The notes under the pieces are model-generated. The model was not told the DNA's origin. It did no database searches and was given only the letters and a program-made list of their open reading frames with translations. The position numbers and the translations under genes are program-made. This document shows, one piece after another, positions 1-10,420 of a stretch of DNA of 64,000 nucleotides. Source of the stretch: an uncultured Acidobacteriota bacterium (GTDB lineage Bacteria > Acidobacteriota > UBA6911); assembly GCA_963809485.1 (NCBI GenBank), contig CAWEJX010000012.1:192001-256000 (forward strand), in the 5' to 3' direction. Within the stretch, counting starts at the first letter, position 1; each line of letters starts with the position of its first letter.

Positions 1-185
1 GGGCCGATTTCCAGAACATATTCAACCGGCTGGTCATTCCGGATCCAACGGCAACCAATGCCGCAGCGACCCAGAACGTTAATCCCGCCACGGGCCAGAC
101 CCAGTCCGGATTCGGATATATTGCAACAAACGGGACCGGAACAGCGCCTCGTAGCGGTATAATAGTTGCCCGAATTCAGTTCTAG
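1..185 (+). CDS. C-terminal end of a TonB-dependent receptor / outer-membrane beta-barrel protein (partial)
   Basis: Frame 3 reads ADFQNIFNRLVIPDP...SGFGYI...APRSGIIVARIQF*. The F-N..FG.I..PR...R.F pattern with terminal Phe is typical of acidobacterial TBDR C-termini. Confidence 0.75.
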   Translation, partial: ADFQNIFNRLVIPDPTATNAAATQNVNPATGQTQSGFGYIATNGTGTAPRSGIIVARIQF

Positions 186-305
186 GCCGCGCTGCAAAAA
201 TTATCTCTCGCTGTGGCGGCCGAGGAACGTTTCTCGAGGGAGAGCAAGTTCACTGAATGGATCGTCTTATTGGGACCGGCCAATAAAGTTACACGGCCAA
301 TACCC

Positions 306-396
306 AAGCCCCGGAGGGGCGTAACATGACAGCGCCCCGGGCGCAAGCCCGGGGTTAAGTGGATGGGAGAACGAAGCCCGGCAGGGGCGTCACATG
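306..396. repeat. REP-like palindromic cluster
   Basis: Two copies of aagccc(c)gg(c)aggggcgt(a/c)acatg flank the hairpin ccccgggcgcaagcccgggg; intergenic. Confidence 0.6.
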
Positions 397-548
397 GTTT
401 TTGGGTAGTGTCCCCTGTGATTTGCGGGACCCAATAATTAGCGCCTCAATCCTTCCGAAATGGTGTGCGTATTCACTCCGAATCAGAAAGAACAAAGGAC
501 ATGGACGATAACCGGGAAGGGATCTACGGGCCTGCCAAGGAGAAAAAA

Positions 549-2275
549 ATGAAGGGAATGGGTCGAAGTGCGAGAGGTGTTTTGTGGATAGCCGCCTTTA
601 TTTTCAGTTCCACGCTGCTGGCGCAAGAGGCAAAATTTGCGGTACTGAACCCGAGGGGCACACAACCGCCGATACGACTTGTCCCGATGGCGCCACGGTT
701 GGATACACTGGACGGCAAGACGATATACATCGTCAATGTGGGCTTTGGGGATACATTCCTGCCCGAAACACTGAAGGTGCTCGCGCAGCGATACCCCAAA
801 ACCAATTGGGTTCTCAAAAGGAAAATCGGAAGCTATTTTGACGATGATCCGAAACTATGGGCCGAAATCAAGGAAAAAGGGCATGGAATGATAATGGGAG
901 TCGGGCATTGAAGCACCTGTTCGCCGGCGGTCGTCGGCCATTGCCTGACAGTGGAAAGACTCGGTCTACCTACGGCTCCCGTGATCACGCAACGGTTCGA
1001 AGAACTGGTCAAGACCATTGCCTACAAAAAGGGGATGCCAAACCAACGATTTGTTTTTGTCCCCCATCCTGTCGCCGGCAGATCTCCCGAATTATGCCAT
1101 CGGTATATGGAAGGCAATGATCCGGTGACGAAAAAGCCTATCGTGGAGGAGTTTTTGGCGGCTCTGACAAAACCGCTGAATCCTGAGGAGAAAAAGACGG
1201 GATTTTTGCAGAGACCTCCTCGACCGAGGCTCATCGAACCGGATACAGCCGAAAACCTGCAGCGTCTCTTTGCAAAGAATGGGTGGACCGACGGTATTCC
1301 CATAGTCCTTCCGACCGAAGAAAGAGTGGCTTTGATGCTGAAGAACACGAGCCGCAAACCGGACGAGGTTGTCGGTACCATGCGCCCGTCGCCTCCCCAT
1401 GAGGCCTGGGAGTTCACCGTCGAAATGGTTGCCACGAATGCCGTAATGGCCGGTGCTAAACCGGAATATATTCCGGTGATTCTAGCCCTGGCTTCGACCG
1501 GAGTGACTTCACTTTTCAGTTCAACCACGTCTTTTGCGCGCATGGTTGTCGTCAATGGCCCTATCCGAGAACAGATCAGTATGAATTCGGGACTTGGCGC
1601 TATGGGGCCTTTCAATGAGGCCAATGCCACGATTGGACGAGCTTGGACCCTGATATCCAAAAATCTCGGTGGCGGAGGTACGCCGGGAGAAACCTACCTC
1701 GGCAGTCAAGGGAACAATCTTAATTACAACAATATTTGCTTTGCCGAAAGGGAGGACGCGCTTCCCGCCGGCTGGAATCCCGTTCACGTTCAAAAGGGCC
1801 ATAAGGCTGGAGAGAGCTACGTCAGCACCTTCACCGGCTGGAGCCTCATCAACTATGGCGGTTTTGCACTCCCGCACCATCAGTTTATCAAACGAATGCT
1901 GACCGGTTTGCTGGCCAGCGGGACCGGCTCCGGCAGCCAGGCCACTCTGTTGCTTGATCCGATTACGGCACGGGACCTCAGGAATGATGAGGGCTTCGAC
2001 ACAAAGGAAAAGCTAAGTGACTGGCTGATGAAGAATGGAACATCGCCCGCGCAGCAGTACTGGGCACGCCACTCCGATGAGCTGAAGAAAGGCAAAGAGG
2101 GGATCGAGCCCTTTGCGTCATGGCTGAAGTACCCAGAGGACGCCTTCATACCCGTTTCAAACTTCAGGCCGGAGACGCCGATCGAGATTATCGTTGTGGG
2201 GGGGAAACGAATGCTTTTCTGATGGCGGGGGATTTTCGTTATGTCTCGGGCGCCTCTGTGGATAAGTGGAGGTAA
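549..2275 (+). CDS. Exported UGSC-family-like selenoprotein, paralog 1 (Sec at UGA 909-911)
   Basis: ORFs 465-911 and 951-2222 are in the same frame, and read-through gives GVGH-U-STCSPAVVGHC. RBS aaggag before ATG 549, signal peptide, DGIPIVLPTEERV motif. A frameshift in the G-run at ~2200 restores the family end ...SVDKWR* at 2275. Confidence 0.88.
923..938 (+). promoter_or_regulatory. Bacterial SECIS-like hairpin (paralog 1)
   Basis: GCCGGC-GGTC-GTCGGC: 6-bp stem and GGUC loop, stem starting 11 nt after the UGA. Confidence 0.8.
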
Positions 2276-2400
2276 GGCTCGATTCGTTTGCGAACCAAAT
2301 TGTAATTGCGATCACGACTTCTCGGTGCAGATTTCATGGGGTCGCCTGCTTTTGACCGGGTAACGAGGTAGGAAACTGTTTATCAGCAAAGCAGCTGGAT

Positions 2401-2475
2401 ACGGAAGACACGGAGCAAGCGCGATCCACGGATAAAAACCCTGGCTTTTATCCGCGTTCTTCTGTGTCCTTCCGT
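2401..2475. repeat. Imperfect intergenic inverted repeat
   Basis: acggaagacacgga...ggataaaa-ccctggc-ttttatcc...tctgtgtccttccgt forms a long hairpin. Confidence 0.5.
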
Positions 2476-2505
2476 ATCCCTGCTTTTTCGCGATGGAGGC
2501 TTTCG

Positions 2506-3078
2506 TTGAATAATAAACAACTCTACTGCTTTTGGGCAGCTTCGATAATAGTTGCAGCCAGTCTAAGCCCGTTAGGCGCTCAAACCCCCGGTTCCTCACC
2601 GGCGGCCCCCGCGTCGACAGGCGTTACGATTACGGGAATCGTCGAATGCGGGCAGGGCTACACTTCCCACGAACTGTATGACATGAAAATTACCGTGACG
2701 GATGTGGTGCGCGGTGAAGCAGCATGGATGCGGATCAAGGAAGCGAGTCCATCAAACAAAGCTGCGGAGGCGGGATTCGAGTATGTCCTGGCCCGCGTGA
2801 AATTTGAATATTATGCGAGAGGAACACCCGGCCTGTGTATCCATCAACTCAATCCACAGCAATTCAGCGCTGTTTCTTTGGAAGGCCAGGATTATCAGAT
2901 TGCCCAGGTAGTGCTTCCGAAACCGGACTTGCGCAAAGCCATGAAGTCGGGTGAGACAGTCGAAGGTTGGATTGCGTTTTCTGTGTCTCAGCAGGACAAA
3001 GGTCCTCTCATGACATATTCTGCCGATCAGGGTGGGGCGATCGAGCACGGCGGAGCGAAGTGGTTTTTGCTTCGTTGA
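2506..3078 (+). CDS. Secreted DUF4352-like (Ig-like fold) protein, paralog A
   Basis: ggagg RBS before TTG 2506, signal peptide, motifs VECG..YDMKI..VVRG..A..RIK..GFEYVLARVKF and SGETVEGWIAF; paralogous to 5096, 12284 and 13205. Confidence 0.7.
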   Translation: MNNKQLYCFWAASIIVAASLSPLGAQTPGSSPAAPASTGVTITGIVECGQGYTSHELYDMKITVTDVVRGEAAWMRIKEASPSNKAAEAGFEYVLARVKFEYYARGTPGLCIHQLNPQQFSAVSLEGQDYQIAQVVLPKPDLRKAMKSGETVEGWIAFSVSQQDKGPLMTYSADQGGAIEHGGAKWFLLR

Positions 3079-3294
3079 GTTTGGGCCTGTGATAAGGCAT
3101 GCTGGGCAGGATGACAGCTTGGAAGTCTCAAGGCAGCCGAAGGCGTCGACCTGAGGTGAATGGAATGCGGCCATTTTGGGGAGAGCGGATTTGTCCTGCT
3201 CCTATCCATGCGAGAGCGAGACCAATGGCGTAGCTAACAAAATCCTGAAGCACTCAACAATTCGTTATATGCTGATTTAAGGAGGACTAGAGCA

Positions 3295-5023
3295 ATGAAA
3301 AGCCGAATTTGTTGTTTTTTGGCCGGAATGTTTTTAGCAGCCATTTTTCTGGTCGGGAATGCCATTGGCTGCGGAGAAGCCAAGGTCACGGTAGTAAATC
3401 CCTCGAGGCACACCTCCCCCGATACGCCTGGTGCCGATGGCGCCTCGTTTGGATACCCTGGACGGCAAAACGATCTATGTCATTAACATCGGGTTCGGGG
3501 ATACATTCCTGCCTGAAGTGCAGAAGGTGATGGCCGAGAAATATCCCAAGACGACCTGGATATTCAGGAGAAAGGCGGGAAGGGACTATTTCGACGACGA
3601 TCCGAAGCTTTGGGCCGAAATAAAGGAAAAAGGCCACGGAATGATTATGGGCGTGGGCCATTGAAGCACGTGCTCGCCGGCGGTCGTCGGCCACTGTGTA
3701 ACGGTAGAAAGATTGGGTGTGCCTACTGCGCCAGTTGTTACTCAGAGATTTCAAGAACTGGTGAAGAACTATTTCCTGGAAAAAGGGAATGCCGAAGCAG
3801 CGGTTTACCTTTATTCCGCATCCTGTCGCCGGCAGGCCCCCTGAGTTGTGTAATCAATATGTAAGGGGCAAGGATCCGTTGACTGGAAAACCGATCGTTG
3901 AGGAGTTTGTCGCTGCGCTGACAAACCCGCTGACTGCGGAGGAAAAGAAAACCGGATTCCTGATGAGGGATCCGCAACCACGGCTGTTAGAGCCAAACAC
4001 TCCAACGGCCCTGACAGATCTCTTTGAGAAAAACGGCTGGACCGACGGGCTTCCTATAATACTTCCCACCGAAGAGAGAGTCGCCAATATGCTTAAAGGC
4101 ACCAGCCATAGGCCGGATGAGATTGTGGGCACCATGCGTCCCTCTCCGCCCCATGAGGCCTGGGAATTCAACGTGGAGATGGTTGCCGCCAATGCCGTGA
4201 TGGCTGGAGCAAAACCGGAGTATCTTCCCGTTATCCTTGCATTGTCATCGACAGGCGTAACCTCGCTTTTCAGTTCTACAACATCTTTCGCGAGGATGGC
4301 GGTTGTCAATGGGCCTATCATTACGGAAATCGATATGAATGGCGGGATAGGAGCCATGAGTCCCCTGAACAAGGCCAATGCCACGATCGGAAGAGCGTGG
4401 ACATTGTTATCGAGAAATCTTGGGGGAGGAGCCATTCCCGGGCAGACTTACCTGGGGAGCCAGGGAAACAATCTCAACTACAACAATGTTTGTTTCCCTG
4501 AAAAAGAAGACAAATTGCCTGCGGGATGGAAACCCTTATCCGAGCAGAAAGGGTTCAAGCACGGGGAAAGTGCTGTCAGCACGTTTACCGGATGGGAAAT
4601 CGTTCATGGGGCCCTCGGGATGGGGGGTAACAAAGAAGGGCTTGCCCGGGCAGTAGCCCGATATTCCACGGGTGCGTATCGGCAGGTTACCTTGTTGCTG
4701 GATCCAATCGTGGCCAGTGATTATAAAGAGCTTCGACGGATTCCAAACCAAGGAAGCGCTCAGCGAATGGCTCCTGAAAAACACTCCTTCACCCGCTCAG
4801 GGGTACTTGCAGAGATCACCCCGATGAGGTGAAACAGGCCAAATCGGGTGTTGAGCCCTTTGCGACATGGTTGAAATATCCGGAAGGAGCACTCATCCCG
4901 GTATCAAGCCTTCGGCCTGAGGTTCCTGTCGAGATAATCGTGGTGGGAGGTGAGACAAATGCCTTCATGCAGATGGGGGATTTCAGGCACGTATCGACCG
5001 CCTCAGTGGACAAGTGGAGATAG
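3295..5023 (+). CDS. Exported UGSC-family-like selenoprotein, paralog 2 (Sec at UGA 3662-3664; several frameshifts)
   Basis: Fragments 3295-3486, 3431-3664, 3789-4832 and 4829-5023 join into a collinear homolog of paralog 1. Reads GVGH-U-STCSPAVVGHC and ends SVDKWR. Frameshifts near 3410, 3770 and 4735-4830. Confidence 0.8.
3676..3691 (+). promoter_or_regulatory. Bacterial SECIS-like hairpin (paralog 2)
   Basis: GCCGGC-GGTC-GTCGGC at the same spacing after the UGA. Confidence 0.8.
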
Positions 5024-5095
5024 AGGCAAATAGTCATGACCGGGAAAGAGGCAGACAATGCCTCTTTCCCATTTCATACAAAAGGAGAGGTTAAT

Positions 5096-5666
5096 ATGAA
5101 ACACAGGATTTCTGCTCTATTAGCTTGTTTGATTTTGGCGGCCTTTGCTCGGGTTGGATACCGCAGCAGCACAAGGTCTGTCTCCCTCCAATGCGGCGCC
5201 GATCGGCACGTCGATAAAAACTCAGGTGGAATGCGGGGAGCGAGCAGGTTCCATGGAGCCCTACGATGCAAAGATTGCTGTTCTCCAGGTTTTGCGCGGC
5301 AAGGAGGCATTGGATCGCATAAAGGCGGCAAACCCCTCCAGTCAGCCTCCGAAGGCCGGCTTTGATTATGTTGCTGCGCGCGTGGCGTTTCAGATGAATG
5401 CGATTCTGGCGCCGGGAAACAAGACTTTTGAATTGGCAAGAAAGATGCAGTTTGTTGCGCTCACGGCAGATGGGAACGAGCAGGAGCCTCCTTCGGTGAG
5501 TCCACCTTCGCCGGAGCTTCATCGGACAGTGCGCTCAGGTGAGTCTGCGGAAGGCTGGATTGTTCTGTTGGTGGAACAGTCGAATAAGAAACCCGTGATG
5601 TTCTTTGATCCTGCGGCTGGCGGTGCCATGGGAGGCGGTAAAGTCCTGTTCTTCCAGCTTTACTGA
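5096..5666 (+). CDS. Secreted DUF4352-like protein, paralog B (frameshift near 5150)
   Basis: RBS aaggag, signal peptide MKHRISALLACLIL... then shifts into ORF 5145-5666 with VECG, VLRG, RSGESAEGWIV and a C-terminal FQLY. Confidence 0.7.
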
Positions 5667-5870
5667 GTACCGGGGTTCGGTCTGCAAATCCATCGAGGCT
5701 CTTAGGAGAGATCCGGTCCAATCCGACAGGATGTCCTCCAACGCAATGCTCCTCTGTTTCTGGATATTTTCCAGCGAAATGACATTCGTTTCCGGCATGA
5801 CCGTCCATACCTACACTCGCTGTCCGATCATGGCGGCGGTTTTATGTCTCAGAGATGTTGCATTTCCTGA

Positions 5871-6152
5871 GTCAGGCACCTCCGGTAAAGCCGGAGGCTT
5901 GAAAGATTGGAACCGCTCAAAGCGGTTGGAGGAGTTCCGCCGGTCTTGAACGCTGACTTACGCGGGCAAAAGCCGATGAGGCGCTCCGCGCTGGCCCCTG
6001 CGGGGATCGGAAGCGCCTCATCGGCTTTTGCTCGCCGACCCTCGCCGAACAAATCGGCGTGTGTCAGCGCTTTTATCAGCGTTTCTCAGCGTTTCAAAAT
6101 ACCGAGCTGTCAAACTCTTTGAGTCTCCCGGCAGAGCCGGGGGGTTACCAAT
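5871..6152. mobile_element. Non-autonomous IS200/IS605-like element, copy A
   Basis: Begins gtcaggcacctccggtaaagccggaggc and ends gagtctcccggcagagccgggggg ttaccaatg (subterminal hairpins); near-identical to 17020, 25840 and 33650; no transposase ORF. Confidence 0.75.
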
Positions 6153-6288
6153 GTAATTATTTCGGAAAAATGCCGCTGCCTGAATTTTTTTGGCAGAAAA
6201 GCAAAGAAGTCCTGGATATAGGATTTATCCACGAAATAGGATATCAGTTGTCCGCTCATGGCAGAACAGGCTGGTCAGGGAGGATGCG

Positions 6289-7908
6289 ATGAAAGCAAGA
6301 AAAGGTATTTTATTGTTTCTTTCGGGTGTGAGCACATTGGTATTCATCCTGCTTGCCTCTAAAGCAGCACAGGCAGAAAACATCCGGGCGCTCGATCCTC
6401 GCGGCATCCCGCCGACTGTGGAGAGGATTCCGCTGAGTCCGCGTCTGGCCGGCATCAAGGGCGCCAGGATCTACATTGTGATGTCCTGGCCGACCAATTC
6501 CGCTTTCGATAGTGTCGTCAAAGATCTGGTGCTGCTCCTGAAGGAGCGTGGCGCCAAAGAAGTAACCATCAAGCAGCGCAATGCCCGCTATTCCGAGGAC
6601 GATCCGAAACTATGGGATGAGATGAAGCAGATGTGCGATGCATTTATGTATGTCGCGGCACCGTCCTCTTCGACTACGTCCTATGCTTTTCAATGGAGCG
6701 CCAAACTTGAAAAGATGGGCCTGCCTGGCACCGTTGTGAATTTCGACGATCTGAACAGCGTCGGCGACACTACAAGCAGCCGATGGGGAGCGATGCTGCG
6801 CCGTTCGTCCTTCGTTTATCCACCCGAAACCATGAATAAGCAGGCTTATCCTGAGGCATTATCCCGTGCGATCGATAATCTGACCAGGCCCTTGACTCCG
6901 GAGGAAAAGGCCACCGGCGTAATGCAACCCAAGCCGCGGCCGGAAATTTACGTCTCCGGTGATTTTGATCAAATTCAAAAATCGTATTACGACGCCGGGA
7001 TGACGGATGGGTTGCCGATCATTCCGCCAACAGCCGAACGCGTGGCTGCGATGCTGAAAGGCACAGGCCATAAGCCCGACGAAGTTGTTGCCCAGGCATT
7101 GATGCCTGAAGGGCTGGGCGTTACCGTTAAACACGTGGCGATCAATGGCGTAATGGCCGGATGCCTGCCGGAGCAAATGCCGGTTTTGCTTGCGACTATT
7201 GAAGCGTATCAAAAGAACAATTTGAATTCGGTTTTGCGGTCAACAAACCCTTTTTCCTTCATGCAGGTCGTGAACGGACCGATCGCCCAGCAGCTGAAGA
7301 TGAATAGCGGCACTGGCGCGCTCAGCCCCGGCAATCAGGCAAACGCCTCAATGGGGCGCGCTCTGCGGCTGTTCATCCTCAATCTCGGGGGCGGCGTGCC
7401 CGGAGTCAACCTGATGGCCGTAATAGGCAATGTCTCGAGTTATTCCTTTATGTTTGCGGAGAACGAAAAGGAAAGCCCATGGGAACCGCTCAGCGTCAGT
7501 CTCGGGTACCAGAAGAACGATAGCACTCTCACATTTTTTTTGGGAGGCTGGGCGCACTCCGGTAATTACGGACCTGGCTTTGCCGGTGAGGTTGCGCTTG
7601 ATAGCGTTGCGCAGGACATGTCACCGTATCAAATGACCTCCGGCGCGACTGTGATTATTTCTCCCAAGTTCGCGCAAGATCTCCAGAGACGTGGAATGAC
7701 CAAAGCTGACGTTGAAAGCTATTTACAGAAGCATTCCACACGCGCGCCGCGCAAAGGCCGGCCAGCCGAAGCCGCTCAAAGCGGGCCGGTGCCGGTGTTT
7801 CCGGAAGGCACCGTCAAGATCATTGTGGCCGGCGGAGATGCCAGTTCTATGATGCAGGCGTGGAGCATGTATCGCCCGATAATCGTATCGATCGACAAAT
7901 GGCGGTAG
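6289..7908 (+). CDS. Exported UGSC-family-like paralog 3, lacking the redox motif (SxxT instead of UxxC)
   Basis: Single uninterrupted ORF with signal peptide, LDPRG..P, YSEDDPKLW, DGLPIIPPTAERV and a SIDKWR end. AAP-SSST aligns without gaps to VGH-USTC. Confidence 0.85.
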   Translation: MKARKGILLFLSGVSTLVFILLASKAAQAENIRALDPRGIPPTVERIPLSPRLAGIKGARIYIVMSWPTNSAFDSVVKDLVLLLKERGAKEVTIKQRNARYSEDDPKLWDEMKQMCDAFMYVAAPSSSTTSYAFQWSAKLEKMGLPGTVVNFDDLNSVGDTTSSRWGAMLRRSSFVYPPETMNKQAYPEALSRAIDNLTRPLTPEEKATGVMQPKPRPEIYVSGDFDQIQKSYYDAGMTDGLPIIPPTAERVAAMLKGTGHKPDEVVAQALMPEGLGVTVKHVAINGVMAGCLPEQMPVLLATIEAYQKNNLNSVLRSTNPFSFMQVVNGPIAQQLKMNSGTGALSPGNQANASMGRALRLFILNLGGGVPGVNLMAVIGNVSSYSFMFAENEKESPWEPLSVSLGYQKNDSTLTFFLGGWAHSGNYGPGFAGEVALDSVAQDMSPYQMTSGATVIISPKFAQDLQRRGMTKADVESYLQKHSTRAPRKGRPAEAAQSGPVPVFPEGTVKIIVAGGDASSMMQAWSMYRPIIVSIDKWR

Positions 7909-8141
7909 CGGCAAGAATATCTTGAATGTTGTCAGCCCGGAAGCAGAGAAGGCTTGCAAAATCAGGGCAGACGGCACAATGTATGCCCTCCAAGGGTAGG
8001 CCGCACAAAGCGCGGCCAACCCTTTGCTGTGGCGCCCCGTTGGGGCCCTGCCCCCACCCTGGGGGACTTATCCGCCCTTAACCGCTCGAAGCCAACCTCG
8101 CCGCAAAGGCGCAAGCAGGCTTACGCACTCCAAAGACAGCT

Positions 8142-9872
8142 TCACCGCCATTTATCGATAGAGGCGCTGGCAACATGGCTGAAATCCATGGCCATCCAGT
8201 AGGGATTGGTTCCCCCTCCGACCACAATCACATTGATGGGCGGATTCCCTCCCTTCCGCCTGACAAAGGGAGATACGGGCAAAGCAGCGCTCTGCGGTAG
8301 CTTCAGCCACGATGCAAACGGTTCAACACCGGCTTGAGCCTTTTTAAGATCGTCAGGACGGCTGGCCCAATAGTGCCACGCGGGCCAGGTTGCGTTTTTC
8401 TCGAGCCACTCGGCCAGCTTCTCTTTGGTATCGAAGCCTTCGACTTCCTTCATATCTCTCGCGGTCACTGGGTCGATCAGCACGGTCGCCGTACTTCCCC
8501 ACCCGCCTCCGCTCATGAAGAAACTCATCAGCGCATTCTTCATGATCTCATGATGCTGTACCGGAAGGTATGCGCCGTAATCGAGAACGCTCCAGCCGCT
8601 GAATGCGCTGACGACGCTCTCTTGCGGCTTGAAGCCTTTCTGAACATGCAAGGGCTGCCAGCCTGCGGGCAGATCCTCTTCCGTTTCCGGGAAACAGATA
8701 TTATTGTAATTCATGCTGTTGCCCTGGCTTCCGAGATACGTCTCGCCAGGAATGCCGCCTCCTCCGAGATTCTTTGAAATCAGCGTCCACGCTCTGCCTA
8801 TGGTTGAGTTTGCTTCATTAAACGGGCCCATGGCCCCGATCCCCGAGTTCATCTTTATCTGCTGCGCGACAGGCCCGTTTACAACGACCATCCTCGCGAA
8901 AGAGGTGGTCGAGGTGAACAGGGAGGTGACTCCCGTCGAGGAAAGAGCCAGGATAACGGGAAAGTACTCGGGTTTTGCACCTGCCATGACCGCATTTGCG
9001 GCGACCATCTCAACTGTGAATTCCCACGCTTCGTGTGGAGGGGACGGCCTCATCGTGCCGACTGTTTCATCGGGCTTATGACTCGTTCCCTTCATCATCT
9101 CAGCGACCCTTTCCTCGGTGGGCAGCTCTATGGGCAGTCCGTCTGTCCACCCGTTGTCGTTGAAAAGCTTCTTCAGGTTGTCCGGAGTGTCGGGCGAAAG
9201 CAATCGCGAACGAGCACCGCGCGACACAAACCCGGTTTTCTTGTCGTCGCCGGACAAAGGCTGGGTAAGGCCTGCAATGAACTCCTGAATCAGCGGCTTG
9301 CCCGTTACCGGATCGTTACCTTCGAGATATTTACGGCAGACCTCGGCAGGTCTTGCGGAGATGGGGTGTGGGACGAAAGCGAATCGCATCCCGGGCATCC
9401 CTTTTTTGAATGCGATGGTTCTTACCAGATCGGTGAATCGCTGAGTGATGATAGGCACGGTGGGGATTCCGAGCCTCTCTACCGACAGGCAATGGCCGGC
9501 GACCGCCGGCGAGCATGTGCTTCAATGACCTATGGCCATGATCATGCCGTGCCCCTTTTCTTTTATCTCTTGCCAGAGTTTGGGGTCGTCGTCGAAATAA
9601 CTGCCGATCTTTTTCTTATAAACCCAGTTTGTTTTCGGGTAATGCGCAGCCATGACCTTCTGGATTTCCTGGACAAAGGGTTCCGTCAAAGGATAATTCG
9701 TGTCAACGATGTAGATTGTTTTTCCATCCAGGCTGTCCAGGCGCGGGGCCATGGGGATCAGGCGAATCGGAGGCTGTATGCCTCGCGGATTCAGCACTGA
9801 AATTTTTTGAGCATCTGCTGCAAATGAAGCGCAGGCGATGAGAATCGCCAGAAAAGGCATGTGCATTTTCAT
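8142..9872 (-). CDS. Exported UGSC-family-like selenoprotein, paralog 4 (Sec at UGA 9524-9522)
   Basis: ORFs 9522-9929 and 8142-9458 are in frame and read AIGH-U-STCSPAVAGHC. Signal peptide MKMHMPFLAILIACASFAADA; ends SIDKWR; about 576 aa with no frameshift. Confidence 0.92.
9495..9510 (-). promoter_or_regulatory. Bacterial SECIS-like hairpin (paralog 4)
   Basis: Minus strand reads GCCGGC-GGTC-GCCGGC, a fully Watson-Crick stem at the same spacing. Confidence 0.82.
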
Positions 9873-10097
9873 AGGAACCTCCGAACCCCATTTTCGCACA
9901 AAACAGTAAAGCAGCCATGCAGATTTCACAGATTTTACGAAAGACCCCGGAAAACAAGGCCCGCTTGCTTCATAGGGGCAATCTGTGAATTCTGCGGTTG
10001 TCTTTAGCTTTTGGAAAAATCAGGGGATTTGGGCCGGCCCGGCACTAGTATGTGGGTAGGCTGCAAATTTCTATATCGATAGTGCATTTTCATAGTA

Positions 10098-10265
10098 AAA
10101 TGGGGCTCGCGCAAAATGCAGCGACACCCGCAGGGCATTATTGTGTCCTTTGCGAAAATCACCTGAAACAGACCCAGTCGGGAATTGAACCTTTCGTGTC
10201 CTACTTGAAAGCCGGGAACATGGCATCACAGCCGGTATCGTGTTTCATTCGCAGACCTCCATCAG
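10098..10265 (+). pseudogene. Decayed C-terminal relic of another UGSC-like paralog
   Basis: LAQNAATPAGHY...LKQTQSGIEPFVSYLK...QPVSCFIRR aligns to paralog 4 LEKNATWPAWHY...LKKAQAGVEPFASWLK...LPVSPFVRR. Confidence 0.7.
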
Positions 10266-10420
10266 GCGCCCCCGCGTCAGCGCGGCATATGGCCGCCGGT
10301 ATGGAATGGCGGAGCAGGATTCGGGCTTGTGTAATAGGAAATCTGATTTACGGATCAGTGTCTGATCTGCACGAATGGTCGAAAGGGACGTAAACAATTC
10401 ATCATGAAAGGAGAACCGGC

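Noticed and set aside
909-911. UGA as a global recoding (Trp/Gly, genetic code 4 or 25) or as a nonsense mutation
   Set aside because: Many ordinary genes here end correctly at TGA (e.g. 3078, 15836, 23856), and the read-through UGAs sit only at a Cys-like redox position with a conserved hairpin.
4830-4832. TGA ending ORF 3789-4832 as a second Sec codon
   Set aside because: That frame is already out of register with the homologs, and there is no SECIS hairpin.
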